The notes under the pieces are model-generated. The model made no database searches. It had not been told where the DNA came from and worked only from the letters and a program-made list of their open reading frames with translations. The position numbers were made by a program, and so were the translations under genes. Source: Mobula hypostoma (lineage: Eukaryota). Taken from it: 64,000 nucleotides of DNA. The stretch spans positions 15,686,001 through 15,750,000 of the forward strand of contig NC_086097.1 in the NCBI RefSeq assembly GCF_963921235.1, read 5' to 3'. Below are positions 1 to 13,170 of the stretch, piece after piece (the stretch's first letter is position 1; each line of letters begins with the position of its first letter).

Positions 1-3000
1 GAATTGATTGGTAAAGAACACTGGCAGGGATGACGGCAGAGCAACAATTGCTGGAATTTCTGGAAGCAATCTGAAAAGCACAGGATATATACATCCCAAA
101 GAGGAATAAGTATTTTAAGGGCAAGATGACACAACCATGGCTAACAAGGAAAGTCAAAGCCAACATAAAAGCCAGAGGGCATATATTAGAGCAAAAATTA
201 TTAGGAAGTTAGAGATATCGAAAGCTTTTAAATACCAATAGAAGGCAACTAAAAACTCATTAAGAATGTAAAGATGGAATATGAAAGTAATTGGAGGAGC
301 AAATCTGCAGAGAGATAGCAGGCAACTGGAGGAAACATAAAGTTGTGGTGGTAGGGGATTTTAATTTTCCATATATTGATTGGGACTCCCATACTGTTAG
401 GAGACTAGATGGTTTAGAGTTTGTAAAATGTGTTCAGGAAAGTTTTCTAAATCAATATATAGAGGGACCAACTAGAGGGGATGCAATATTGGATCTCCTG
501 TTAGGAAACGAGTTAGGACAAGTGACAGAAGTGTGTGTAGGGGACCACTTTTGTTCCAGTGATCATAACACCATTAGTTTCAACTTGATCATGGACAAGG
601 ATAGATCTGGTCCTAGGGTTGAGGTTCTTAACTGGAAGAAGGCCAAATTTGAAGAAATGAGAAAGGATCTAAAAGGCGTGGATTGGGACAGGTTGTTCTC
701 TGGCAAAGATGTGATCGGTAAGTGGGAAGCCTTCAAAGGAGAAGTTTTGAGAGTGCAGAGTTTGTATGTTCCTGTCAGGATTAAAGGCAAACTGAATAGG
801 AATAAGGAACCTTGGTTCTCAAGGGATATTGCAACTCTGATAAAGAAGAAGAGGGAGTTGTATGACATATGTAGGAAACAGGGAGTAAATAAGGTGCTTG
901 AGGAGTATAAAAAGTGCAAGAAAATTCTTGAAAAAGAAATCAGGAGGGCTAAAAGAAGACATGTTGCCTTGGCAGTCAAAGTAAAGGATAATCCAAAGAG
1001 CTTTTACAGGTATATTAAGAGTAAAAGGATTGTAAGGGATAAAATTGGTCTTCTTGAAGATCAGAGTGGTCGGCTATGTGCGGAACCAAAAGAAATGGGG
1101 GAGATCTTAAATGGGTTTTTTTGCGTCTGTATTTCCTGTAAGGAAACTGGCATGAAGACTATGGAATTAAGGGAAACAAGAGATCATGGAAACTGTACAG
1201 ATTGAAAAGGAGGAGGTGCTTGCTATCTTGAGGCAAATTAAAGTGGATAAATCCCCAGGACCTGACATGCTATTCCCTCGGACCTTGAAGGAGACTATTG
1301 TTGAAATTGCAGGGGCCCTGGCAGATATATTTAAAATGTCGGTGTCTACGGGTGAGGTGCCAGAGGATTGGAGAGTGGTTCATGTTGTTCCGTTGTTTAA
1401 AAAAGGATCGAAAAGTAATCCGGGAAATTATAGGCCAGTAAGTTTGACGTCGATAGTGGGTAAATTATTGGAGGGAGTACTACGAGACAGAATCTACAAG
1501 CATTTGGATAGACAGGGTCTTATTATGGAGAGTCAACATGGCTTTGTGCGTTGTAGGTCATGTTTGACCAATCTATTGGAGTTTTTCGAGGAGGTTAACC
1601 AGAAAGTGGATGAAGGGAAGGCAGTGGATGTTGTCTACATGGACTTCGGTAAGGCCTTTGCAAGGTCCCGCATGGGAGGTTAGTTAGGAAAATTCAGTCG
1701 CTAGGTGTACATGGAGAGGTGGTAAATTGGATTAGACATTGGCTCAATGGAAGAAGCCAAAGAGTGGTAGTAGAGAATTGCTTCTCTGAGTGGAGGCCTG
1801 TGACTAGTGGTGTGCCACAGGGATCAGTGCTGGGTCCATTGTTATTTGTCATCTATATCAATGATCTGGATGATAATGTGGTAAATTGGATCAGCAAATT
1901 TGCTGATGATACAAAGATTGGAGGTGTAGTGGACAGTGAGGAAGGTTTTCAGAGCCTGCAGAGGGACTTGGACCAGCTCGAAAAATGGGCTGAAAGATGG
2001 CAGATGGAGTTTAATACAGACAAGTGTGAGGTATTGCACTTTGGAAGGACAAACCAAGGTAGAACATACAGGGTAAATGGTAAGGCACTGAGGAGTGCAG
2101 TAGAACAGAGGGATCTGGGAATACAGATATAAAATTCGCTAAAAGTGGCGTCACAGGTAGATAGGTTCGTAAAGAGAGCTTTTGGTACATTGGCCTTTAT
2201 TAATCAAAGTATTGAGTACAAGAGCTGGAATGTTATGATAAGGTTGTATAAGGCATTGGTGAGGCCGAATCTGGAGTATTGTGTTCAGTTTTGGTCACCA
2301 AATTACAGGAAGGATATTAATAAGGTTGAAAGAGTGCAGAGAAGGTTTACAAGGATGTTGCCGGGACTTGAGAAACTCAGTCACAGAGAAAGGTTGAATA
2401 GGTTAGGACTTTATTCCCTGGAGTGTAGAAGAATGAGGGGAGATTTGATAGAGGTATATAAAATTATGACGGGTATAGATAGAGTGAATGCAAGCAGGCT
2501 TTTTCCACTGAGGCAAGGGGAGAAAAAAACCAGAGGACATGGGTTAAGGGTGAGGGGGGAAAAGTTTAAAGGGAACATTAGTGGGGGCTTCTTCACACAG
2601 AGAGTGGTGGGAATATGGAATGAGCTGCCAGATGAGGTGGTAAATGCGGGTTCTTTTTTAACATTTAAGAATAAATTGGACAGATACATGGATGGGAGGT
2701 GTATGGAGGGATATGGTCCGTGTGCAGGTCAGTGGGAGTAGGTAGAAAATAGTTCGGCACAGCCAAGAAGGGCCAAAAGGCCTGTTTCTGTGCTGTAGTT
2801 TCTACGGTTTTTATGGTTTCTATGGTAATCTAGCCAATAATATTAAAGAGGATACCAAAAGTTTCCTCAGATGCATAAAGTGTGAAAGAGAGGCTGGACT
2901 CGATATCGGATGCTGGAAACCGATGCTGGAGAGGTAGTAATGGGGGAACGATGAAATGGCAGATGAACTGAATAACTATTTTGCATCAGTCTTTACCGTG

Positions 3001-4685
3001 AAAGACAGTGACAGTATGTTGGAAGTTCCAGGTATAAGGGGTCATGAAGTATGTGAAATTATCATTACTCGGGAGAAGGTTTTTGGGAAACTGAAAGGTC
3101 TGAAGGTCGATGAATCGCCTGGACCAGATGGTGTACACCCTAGGGTTCTGAAAGATGTAGCTGAAGAGATTATGGAGGCATTTGTAATGATCTTTCAAGA
3201 ATCACTAGATTCTGGAATGGTTCTGGAAGACTGGAAAATTGCAGATGTCACTCCACTCTTCAAGAAGGGTGTCAGGCTGAAGAAAGGAAATTAGAGGTCA
3301 GTTAGTCTGACCTCAGTGGTTGGAAAGATGTTGGAGTCGATTATTAAGGATGTGGTTTTGGGATACTTGGAAGTACATGATAAAACAGGCCATATTAGTA
3401 TGGTTTCCTCATGGGACAGTCTTGCCTGCCAAATCTGTTGTAATTCTTTGAAGAAATAACAAGCGGGATATACAAAAGAGAATTGATTGATGTTGTGTAC
3501 TTGGATTTTCAGAAAGCCTTTGACAAGATGCCACACATGAAGCTGCTTAATAAGGAACAAGCCCATACTACAGGAAAGATTCTAATATGGATAAAGCAGT
3601 GGCTGATTGGCAAGAAGCAAAGGGTGGGAATGAAGGGAGCCTTTTCTGTCTGGCTGCCAGTGACTAGTGGTTTTGCACAGGGGACTGTGTAGGGACTAAT
3701 TATTTTTATGTTATGTGTCAATGATATGGATGAGGGAATTGGTGGCTTTGTTACAAAGCTTGCAGATGATATGAAGATAGGTGGAGGAGCTGGTAGTTTT
3801 GAGGAAATAGGCTACCGAAGGACTTGCTACAGATTAGGCGAATGGGCAAAAAGTGGCAGATGGAATAAAGTACTGGGAAATGTACAGTCTTGCACTTTGG
3901 TAGAAGAAATGAAAGGGTTGACTATTTTCTAAATGAACAGAAAATATGAAAATCTGAGCTGCAAAGGGATTTGGGAGTCCTTGTGCAGGATCCCCTAAAG
4001 GTTAATTTGCAGGTTGAGTCTGTGGTAAGGAAGGCAAATGCAACGTTAACATTCATTTCAAGAGGACTAGAATATATAAGCAAGGATGTAATATTGAGGC
4101 TTTATGGAGCACTGGTGAGGCCTCACTTGGAGTATTGTGAGCAGTTTTGGGCTCCTTATCTTAGAAAGGATGTTCTGAAACCGGAGGGAGTTCAAAGGAG
4201 GTTCATGAAAATGATTTCAGGATTAAACGGCTTGTCATATGAAGAGTGTTTGATGGTTCTGGACCTGTATTCGCTGAAATGCAGAAGAATGAGGGGTAAC
4301 CTAACTAAAGCTTGTCAAATGGTGAAAGGCCTTGATAGAGTGGATATGGAGAGGAAGTTTCCTGTGGTAGGAGAGACTAAGACCAGAGGACACAGCCTTA
4401 GAATAGAGGGGCGTCCTTTTCGAATGGAGATGAGGAGCAATTTGTTCAGCCAGGGAGTAGTGAATCTGTGGAATTCATTGCCACAGGCAGTGGTGTTGGC
4501 CAAGTCTTCTGTATATTTAAGGCAGAGTTTGATAGAGTCTTGACTGGTCAGGGCATGAAGGGATACGATGGGGGGAGGGGGTGCGGTGGGAGGCAGGAGA
4601 TTGGGGCTTAGAGGAAAAATGGATCAACCATGATGAAATGGTGGTGCAGTCTCGATAGGCCAAATGGCCTAATTCTGCTCCTATC
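1..4685 (+). mobile_element. Older CR1 LINE (ORF2 remnant: 1-290 and ~2827-4685), interrupted by a younger CR1
   Basis: Decayed RT motifs (SPGPDGVHPRVLK, YLDFQKAFDK, KLADDMKIGG, LVRPHLEYC). The sequence before 290 continues after ~2827. Confidence 0.85.
291..2826 (+). mobile_element. CR1 LINE, 5'-truncated (end of APE endonuclease + RT), nested in the older CR1
   Basis: GDFNFP and SDHN (APE); GVPQGSVLGP and FADDTK (RT). Frameshifts and stops present. 3' tail of (GTTTCTATG)-like repeats. Confidence 0.92.
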
Positions 4686-6370
4686 AGAATCAGGTATATT
4701 ATCACGGGCATGTGACATGAAATTTGTTAACTTAGCAGCAGCAGTTCAATGCAATACATAGTCAAGAAGAGAAAATAAATACATAAAGTTAAAAATGATA
4801 ATAATAAATAAAAAGTAAATCAATTACAGTATACGTATATTGAATAGATTAATAAACCGTGCAAAAAACAGAAATACTGTATATTAAAAAGAAAAGAGAG
4901 GTTGTGTCCAAGCTTTCAATGTCCACTTAGGAACTGAATAGCAGAGGGGAAGAAGCTGTTCCTGAATTGCTGAGTTGGTACCTTCAGGCTTCTGTACCTC
5001 CTACCTGATGGTATCAGTGAGAAAAGGGCATGTCCTGGGTGCTGAAGTCCTTAATAATGGACGCTACCTTTCTGAGCCACTGATCCCTGAAGATGTCCTA
5101 GGTATTTTGTAGGCTAGTGCCCAAGATGGAGCCGACTGAATTTACGACCTTCGGCAGCTTCTTTCAGTCCTGCGCAGTAGCCCCTCCATACCAGACATTG
5201 ATGCAGCCTGTCAGAATGCTCTTCACGGTACATCTATAGAAGGTTTTGAGCGTATTTGTTGACATGCCAAATCTCTTCAAACCCCTAATGAAGTATAGCC
5301 GCTGTCTTGCCTTCTTCATAACTACGTCGATCTGTTGGGACCAGGTTAGATCCTCAGATCTTGACACCGAGGAACTTGAAAATGCTCACTCTCTCCACTT
5401 CTGATCCCTCTGTAAGGATTGGTATGTGTTCCTTCATCTTACCCTTCCTGAAATCCACAATCAGCTCTTTCGTCTTACTGACGTTGAGTGCCAGGTTGTT
5501 GCTGTGGCACCACTCCACTAGTTGGCATATTTCACTCCTGCACGCCCTCTAGTCGCCACCTGAGATTCTACCAACAATGGTTATATCATCAGCAAGTTTA
5601 TAGATGGTATTTGAGCTATGCCTAGCCACACAGTCATGTGTATACAGAGAGTAGAGCAGTGGGCTTAGCACACACCCCTGAGGTGCACCAGTGTTGATTA
5701 TTAGCGAGGAGGAGATGTTATCACCAATCTGCACAGATTGTTGTCTTCCGGTTAGGAAGTCGAGGATTCAATTGCAGAGGGAGGTACAGAGGCCCAGGTT
5801 CTGCAACTTCTCAATCAGGATTGTGGGAATGATGGTATTAAATGCTGAGCTATAGTCGATGAACAGCATCCTGACATAGATGTTTGTGTTGTCCAGGTGG
5901 TCTAAAGCTGTGTGGAGAGCCATTGAGATTGCATCTGCCGTTGACCTATTGTGGCGATAGGCAAATGCCAAAGGGTGCAGGTCCTTACTGAGGTAGGAAT
6001 TCAGCCTAGTGATGACCAACCTCCCAAAGCATTTCATCACTGTCGATGTGAGAGCTACTGGGCGATAGTTATTAAGGCAGTCCACATCATTCTTCTTAAG
6101 CACTGGTATAATTGTTGCCTTTTTGAAGCAAGTGGGAACTTCTGCCCGTTGCGGTGAGAGTTTGAAAATGTTCTTGAATACTCCTGCTAGTTGGTTGGCA
6201 CAGGTTTTCAGAGCCTTACCAGGTACTCCATCAGGGCCTTCCATCTTGTGAGTGTTCACTCTCTTTAAAGACAGTCTAACATTGGCCTCTGGGACAGAGA
6301 TCACAGGGTCAGCAGGTGCAGCAGGGATCTTCACAGCTGTAGTTGTGTTCTCTCTTTCAAAGCGGGCATC
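4685..6370 (-). mobile_element. Rex1/Babar-type LINE, 5'-truncated
   Basis: [48 protein letters not shown]. (CTGATT)n tail near 4685. Confidence 0.88.
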
Positions 6371-6737
6371 CTATGTCTTATGGTCTTATAATAGACGGCC
6401 AACATTTCAAGCTGAAGTAATGCATTTGGGCCAAAATGCTGACAATCCATTTTTGCCTCCATTGATGCTGCCTGTTCTGCTGAGTACCTCCAGCATCTTG
6501 TGTGTTGTTCCACAGTGTCTGCAATCTCTTGTGTCTCCGGATGGTTGTAATGGCCAACAGCTTTTCATTGCTCTTTCTTTCCAGTCCAAATGAAGGGCCT
6601 TCATTTCCTTCCATAGATGCTGCATGAACCATTGAGTTCCTTCAGCACTTTGTGAGTTGCTCCAGATTTCCAGCATCTGCAGTCTCTCTGGTGCCTTCAT
6701 TAGTTTTCCAACAGTAAGTGGCCTTTGGAATACCAAA

Positions 6738-6913
6738 CACGAGAAAATCTGCAGATACTGGAAATTCAAGCAACACACATCAACGTTGCTGGTGAACGCA
6801 GCAGCACGAAGCAGAAGTCCTGACGAAGGGTCTCGGCCCGAAACGTCGACTGTACCTCTTCCTAGAGATGCTGCCTGGCCTGCTGCATTCACCAGCAATG
6901 TTGATGTGTGTTT
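6738..6913 (+). mobile_element. Miniature Penelope-derived fold-back element with hammerhead ribozyme
   Basis: Inverted arms aacacacatcaacgttgctggtgaacgcagcag / ctgctgcattcaccagcaatgttgatgtgtgtt. Flanking direct repeat tttgg(a/g)ataccaaa at 6724-6737 and 6914-6927. Confidence 0.8.
6816..6851 (+). ncRNA. Minimal type I hammerhead ribozyme
   Basis: AGUC-CUGACGA-A-GGG(ucucgg)CCC-GAAA-C-GUC|GACU. Conserved core, stem II, stem I AGUC/GACU, predicted GUC cleavage after 6847. Confidence 0.75.
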
Positions 6914-7192
6914 TTTGGGATACCAAAGTGGGTGAAGAACTTCCACATCCCCTTTCTTCTGCCCATCTCAGCCACAGATGAAACTAAAAGCCGCATATTG
7001 CTTCAGTCAATCTTGCTGAGAGTGAATCTTTGATTGCTGAAAGCATTCGGTAATCACTGAAATAATCTGCCACTGGGGATTATGTGAAGTGAGTTTTGGC
7101 TATGCTTGCTTTATTTTCTGTTCATGTGCTTCCACAGAGGATAAGAGATTGTGAAGCACTTCATCCCGGATCCTGTCCTGAATATATCCTAG

Positions 7193-7193
7193 A

Positions 7194-7224
<31 letters not shown>

Positions 7225-7241
7225 TCACTCACTCACTCACT
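7193..7241. repeat. (CA)n followed by (CACT)n microsatellite
   Basis: Directly visible. Confidence 0.9.
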
Positions 7242-7859
7242 TACTTTCTCACTCTCTCTCGCACATTAAGTTCTACTGAGGCCCTCCATTGTTTAGGGCT
7301 AAGCATGGATGTTGCGTCTCAGCTATCTATGTGATTACACAAGCCGGTATGATATGGAGAACAAGCTGTTGTCCGTGTAGCAGGCTCCCCCTCTCCACGT
7401 GGTTGATGCAGTTTGGCACCATCAGCATTGCAGGAGTTGCTAATCAGCATTGAACTCAACATATAACTGCTTCAGGCATTCCAGCTCTGTCCATAACTTC
7501 TGTGGACTTATAAAATATTGGCAGGACTCTCCAACCCGTGTACTTGCCAAATAAAGAGTTTCCAATCAAAATATTTGTAAAAAAAAACACTGAAGTCCCT
7601 TGGTAATGGGCAAGGCCCAGTCCCTGAGGCTAAGGACTCAGCTGTAGATCTGAAAGGAAATTCCTGACAACCCTGAATTTCAAAGTGCTGCTTCTGCTCA
7701 GCTGCTTGGGAGAAAATGCGTCCCTTTTATAGGTTCTATACAACATGGGACAACTGTGGGACAAGAGACTGCAGATGCTGGCATCTGGAGCAACAAAGTT
7801 CAAAGTACATTTATTATCAAAGTATATTGTACTTGACTTTACTTATTGTACTTAGCAAG

Positions 7860-9170
7860 TACTTGACAAGATAGGCAGAACTCAGCATGGATTCCTTAAA
7901 GGAAAATCCTGCCTGACAAACCTATTACAATTTTTTGAGGAAATTACCAGTAGGCTAGACAAGGGAGATGCAGTGGATGTTGTATATTTGGATTTTCAGA
8001 AGGCATTTGACAAGGTGCCACACATGAGGCTACTTAACAAGATAAGAGCCCATGGAATTATGGGAAAGTTACATACGTGGATAGAGCGTTGGCTGATTGG
8101 CAGGAAACAGAGAGCGGGCGTAAAGGGATCCTATTCTGGTTGGCTGCCGGTTACCAGTGGTGTTCCACAGGAGTCCGTGTTGGGGCCGCTTCTTTTTACA
8201 TTGTACATCAACGATTTGGATTATGGAATAGATGGCTTTGTGTCTAAGTTTGCTGACGATACGAAGATAGGTGGAGGGGCCGGTGGTGCTGAGGAAACGG
8301 AGAATCTGCAGAGAGATTTGGATAGATTGGAAGAATGGGCAAAGAACTGGCAAATGAAATACAATGTTAGAAAGTGTATGGTTATGCACTTTGGCAGAAG
8401 AAATAAATGGGCAGACTATTATTTAAATGGGGAAAGAATTCAAAGTTCTGATATGCAACAGGACTTGGGGGTCCTCGTACGGGATAACCTTAAGGTTAAC
8501 CTCCAGGTTGAGTCGGTAGTGAAGAAGGCGAATGCAATGTTGTCATTCATTTCTAGAGGAATAGAGTATAGGAGCAGGGTCGTGATGTTGAGGGTCTATA
8601 AGGCAAGACTCTCTTGGAGTACTGTGTGCAGTTTTGGGCTCTTATTTGAGAAAGGATGTGCTGACGTTGGAGAGAGTTCAGAGAAGATTCACTAGAATGA
8701 TTCCAGGAATGAGAGGGTTAACATATGAGGAATGTTTGACTGCTCTTGGACTGTATTCCTTGGAGTTTAGAAGAATGAGGGGAGACCTCATAGAAACATT
8801 TCGAATGTTGAAAGGCATGGACAGAGTGGATGTGGCAAAGTTGTTTCCCATGATGGGGGAGTCTAGTACGAGAGGGCATGACTTAAGGATTGAAGGGCGC
8901 CCATTCAGAACAGAAATGCGAAGAAATTTTTTTAGTCAGAGGGTGGCGAATCTATGGAATTTGTTGCCACGGGCAGCAGTGGAGGCCAAGTCATTGGGTG
9001 TATTTAAGGCAGAGATTGATAGGTAATTGAGTAGCCAGGGCATCAAAGGTTATGGTGAGAAGGCGGGAGAGTGGGACTAAATGGGAGAATGGATCAGCTC
9101 ATGATAAAATGGCGGAGCAGACTCGATGGGCCGAATGGCCGACTTCTGCTCCTTTGACTTATGGTCTTAT
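7860..9170 (+). mobile_element. CR1 LINE 3' part (RT)
   Basis: YLDFQKAFDKVPH, GVPQESVLGP, FADDTKIGG. (CTTATGGT)n-type tail. Confidence 0.9.
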
Positions 9171-10669
9171 ATATACATTATACAATCTTAAGATTCATCT
9201 ACTTACAGGCAGTCACAAAACAAGGAACCCGAAAGAACTGAATTAAAAAAGACCAACATCCAATGCGCGGAGAGAAAAAGAATCATGCAAACAATAAAGC
9301 AAGTATCAGAATTCAGAACCAAACTGAGTCCATAAACCCGAAGCCCAGAGTAGCCGGGGTAGGCCTGCAGCCTCAGTCTCAGTTCATCACACGGTGGGAC
9401 AAATTGCTGCCAAGCTCACAGACACTGAGCCCAGAGCAGCCGGGGCACAACACAGCCTCAGCCTCGAGGAGAGCGGAGTAACATGTCACGGAGCAGAACC
9501 GGTCCCAACCCTCGCCTTCGGTCCTGACTCCCTGCCTTTTCAGTTCATCTGGTCCGGTGTTTAAATTGTCCAATAACTTAGCAGGTCAAGCGTGGGAGGA
9601 AAGGAATTGTCAACGATTTGGGTTGAAGCCCTACATCAGGACTGCATACATACAGTGCATAGCGGCCTGATTACTGTCATACGGGCAGGAGGGCCATGAA
9701 TGTGCATGGCCGGAAGCGAGGAACATGACTCATTTTGCTGTTTTTGTTTTGTTGTTTATTTTGTCCTCTGGTCTGTTGTGTTCTGTGTTGTTCTGCTGAG
9801 GCTTGTGGGCATGCTATGTTGGCCTCGGAACGTGTAGCAACACTTGTGGGCTGCCCCTAGCACACCCTTGGGTGTGGTGGTTGTTAACGCAAAGACATAT
9901 TTCACCGTATGCTTTGACACACTCTTGACAAATGAGCTTAATTCTTGAATCTTACAGACTAACGTTAGCCTTCTGCACATGGCCTGAGTACCTTTTGCCA
10001 ATATTCTCAGGGTGTTCAGGAATGAACTGCACTTGTCCAGAAAACACACCAAGCAGAACAAACCGAGAACCATCACACTGGTAATAAATAAACCATATTG
10101 TTATAAAATCCTTGGAGACACTAGAAACTGTAGATACTGGAATCTGGAGCAATGAACAAACTGCTAGAGGAATTCAGTGGACTGAGCCATGTCTGTGGGC
10201 GGGAGGAAGATAATTGTCAGTACAAAATGTTGACAATTGCTTTTTTGTCTACAAGTGTTGCTCAGCCCACTGAGTTCCTCCAGCTGATTGTTCTTGCTGA
10301 TTGAACTGTTGTCTGTTAGCTAACGAGGAAGGTAATTTCACTGATGAATAGAGGTGCGTGGGGGTCCGCGTCAGTGGAGGGAGAGATCATGGAATGAGGC
10401 ATTGTTTACAGAGAGTTTCTCCCCTTGCCCTTTACGCTTTCAATAAATAAACTGTCTCCCCAGTCCTCTGGAGAAGCTCGTCAGTGATAACTTAGAAATT
10501 TATTTATCTTGCTTAGCGCTGCAGTGTAGAACAGGCCCTTCCAGCTCAACAAACTGACCCACCTATTTACAGTGTCCCTAACATAATTACAGGACAATTT
10601 ACAATGACCAGTTAACCTGCTAACCCGTATACCTTTGGACTGTGGGAGGAAACGGGAACATCCAGAGGA

Positions 10670-12398
10670 TCTTACACCTCCATTCCCCATCAAGACGGCC
10701 TCAAAGCCCTCCGCTACTTTCTGGATAATAGACCTCACCAGTTCCCCACCACCACTACCCTCCTCCGGTTGGCGGAACTGGTTCTCACACTTAATAACTT
10801 ATCTTTTGGCTCTTCCCACTTTCTTCAGACTAAGGGTGTAGCTATGGGCACTCATATGGGCCCCAGCTATGCCTGCCTCTTCGTTGGTTATGTGGAACAG
10901 TCTGTGCTCCAAACCAATTCTGGTACTGCTCCCCAATTTTTCCTTTGGTACATTGACGACTACATTGGTGCTGCTTCCTGCACCTATGCTGAGCTCATCT
11001 TTTTCATCGACTTTACTTCAAACTTCTACCCGGCCCTCAAATTCACTTGCTGTATCTTGGACACTTCTCTCCCCTTTCTTGATCTCTTGGTCTCCATCTC
11101 TGGAGACAGACTGTCCACTGACATCTTCTACAAGCCCACTGACTCTCATAAATACCTCGACTATACCTCTTCCCACCCCGCCACATGCAAAAATCCCATT
11201 CCCTATTCCCAGTTCCTCCGTCTCCACCGCATCTGCTCCCAGAATGAGGCTTTCCATTCCAGGACATCTCAAATGTCCTCTTTCTTTAAGGATCGTGGTT
11301 TCCCTTCTGCCATCATCAATGATGCCCTCACCCGCATCTCCTCTATTTCCCGCACTTCAGCCCTTACCCCATCCTCCTGCCACCACAACAGGGGCAGAGT
11401 TCCCCTTGTCCTCACCTACCACCCCACCAGCCTCTGGATCCAGCACATTATCCTCCACAACTTCCGCCACCTTCAACAGGACCCCACCACTAAGCACATC
11501 TTTCCCTCTCCACCCCTCTCCGCTTTCCGCAGGGATCGGTCCCTCCGCGACTCCCTTATCCACACATCCCTCTCCACGGATCTCCCACCCAGCAGTTATC
11601 CCTGTAAGCGTAAGTGCTACACCTGTCCCTACACCTCATCTCTTGCCACCATTCAGGGTCCCAAACAGTCCTTCCAGGTGAGGCAACACTTCACTTGTGA
11701 GTCTGTTGGGATCATCTATTGCATTCAGTGCTCCCGGTGCGGCCTCCTCTACATCGGTGAAACCTGACGCAGATTGGGGGACCGCTTCGTCGAGCACCTC
11801 TGCTCCGTCCGCCGAAACAGACAGGATCTCCTGGTAGCCACCCACTTCAACTCTGCTTCCTATTCCCATTCAGATATGTCCATACATGGCCTCCTCTTTT
11901 GCCATAATGAGGCTAAACTCAGGTTGGAGGAGCAACACCTCATATACCGTCTAGGTAGTCTCCAGCCCCTTGGTATGAACATAGAATTCTCCAACTTCCA
12001 GTAATTCCCTCCCCTTCCCTTCCTCTATCCCTATTTCACTCTGCCCCCTCCTCCAGCTGCCAATCACCTCCCTCATGGTTCTGCCTCCTTCTACTACCCA
12101 TTGTGCTTTCCCCTATTCCTTCTTCACCTTTCCTGCCTTTCACCTCCCTGCTCCCCCTCCCCCACCCCTTTACCTTTCCCCTGACTGGTTTCTCACCTGG
12201 AACCTACCAGCCTTCTCCTTCCCACCCTCCCCCCACCTTCTTTATAGGGCCTCTGCCCCCTCTCTCTTCAGTGCTGACGAAGGGCTCCGGCCCGAAATGT
12301 CGACTCATCGTTTCCACGGATGCTGCCCGACCGGCTGAGTTCCTCCAGCGTGTTGTGAGTGTTGCTTTGATCCCAGCATCTGCAGATTATTTTGTGTT
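10670..12398 (+). mobile_element. Penelope-like retroelement (RT + GIY-YIG endonuclease + 3' pLTR with hammerhead), 5'-truncated
   Basis: ORF 10769-11767 has QTKGVAMGT, YIDD, LPFLD, YKPTD, and Cys-rich GIY-YIG IIYCIQCSRCGLLYIGET. After an in-frame stop it continues RLGDRFVEH...GMNIEF to 12004. Perfect 13-bp TSD aacatccagagga at 10657-10669 and 12399-12411. Confidence 0.92.
12270..12305 (+). ncRNA. Hammerhead ribozyme in the Penelope pLTR (slightly decayed)
   Basis: CUGACGA-A-GGG(cuccgg)CCC-GAAA-U-GUC-GACU. Confidence 0.65.
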
Positions 12399-12554
12399 AA
12401 CATCCAGAGGAAATCCACGGGCTCAAGCAGAGAACGTACAAACTCCTTAGAGATGATGCCAGAATTGAAATCTGAACCTCAACACCTCGAGCTGTAATAG
12501 CATCAAACTAATTGCACTACAATCAGAGCGCCTTTGGAATTCACAAATTCTCTA

Positions 12555-13170
12555 AGGTCTTTGCCATTTGTCCTGACTAGACTGCAATACTGCTACGTCA
12601 GACTTTACTTTCTCTCTATCAAATTTCAAGTTGAACTCAATCATATTGTGATCACTGTCTCCTAAGGGTTCTTTTACCTTAAGTTCTCTAAGCCTCGGGT
12701 TCATTACATAACACCCAATCCAGTATATTTGATCCCCTAGTAGGCTCAATGAAAAACTGCTCTGAAAAGCCATCTCAAAGGTATTCAACAAACTCACTCT
12801 CTTGAGATTCATTACCAACATGATTTTCCCAGTCGACCTGCATGTTAAAATCTCCCATGACTACCATAACATTGCCCTTTTGACAAGCTTTTCTATTTCC
12901 TGTTGTACTTTGTGGACCACATCCCAGCTGTGATGAAAGGCCTGTATATAACTGCCTTCGGGGTTCTTTTACCCTTGCAGTTTCTTAACTCAACCCACAA
13001 GGATTTAACATCTTCCGACCCTATGTTGCATCTTTCTAATGATTTGATGCCATTCTTTACCAGCAGAGCCACGCCACCTCCTCTGCCTACCTTCCTATCC
13101 CTCCAATACAATGTGTAACCCTGGACATTCAGCTCCCAGTTACAACCATCCTTCAGCCACGGCTCAGTGA
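12555..13170 (-). mobile_element. CR1 LINE APE endonuclease fragment
   Basis: ITEPWL, GRGGGVALLVK, PLGDSDHNMIEF. Confidence 0.85.

Larger units (their letters stand above)
10500..12525 (-). mobile_element. tRNA-derived V-SINE (HE1-like), split by the Penelope insertion (parts ~10500-10669 and ~12412-12525)
   Basis: Shared SINE core tttggactgtgggaggaaac...acaatttacaatgacc. The sequence resumes after the TSD at 12411. Confidence 0.7.

Noticed and set aside
6407..6946. 179-aa ORF and similar peptides (AAGQAAS...VDVSGRDPSS) recurring at several loci
   Set aside because: Chance translation of the antisense pLTR/hammerhead repeat. The recurrence is explained by the repeat family.
10869..11681. 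270-aa Ser/Pro-rich overlapping ORF
   Set aside because: Alternative frame of the C-rich Penelope coding strand, with no independent evidence.
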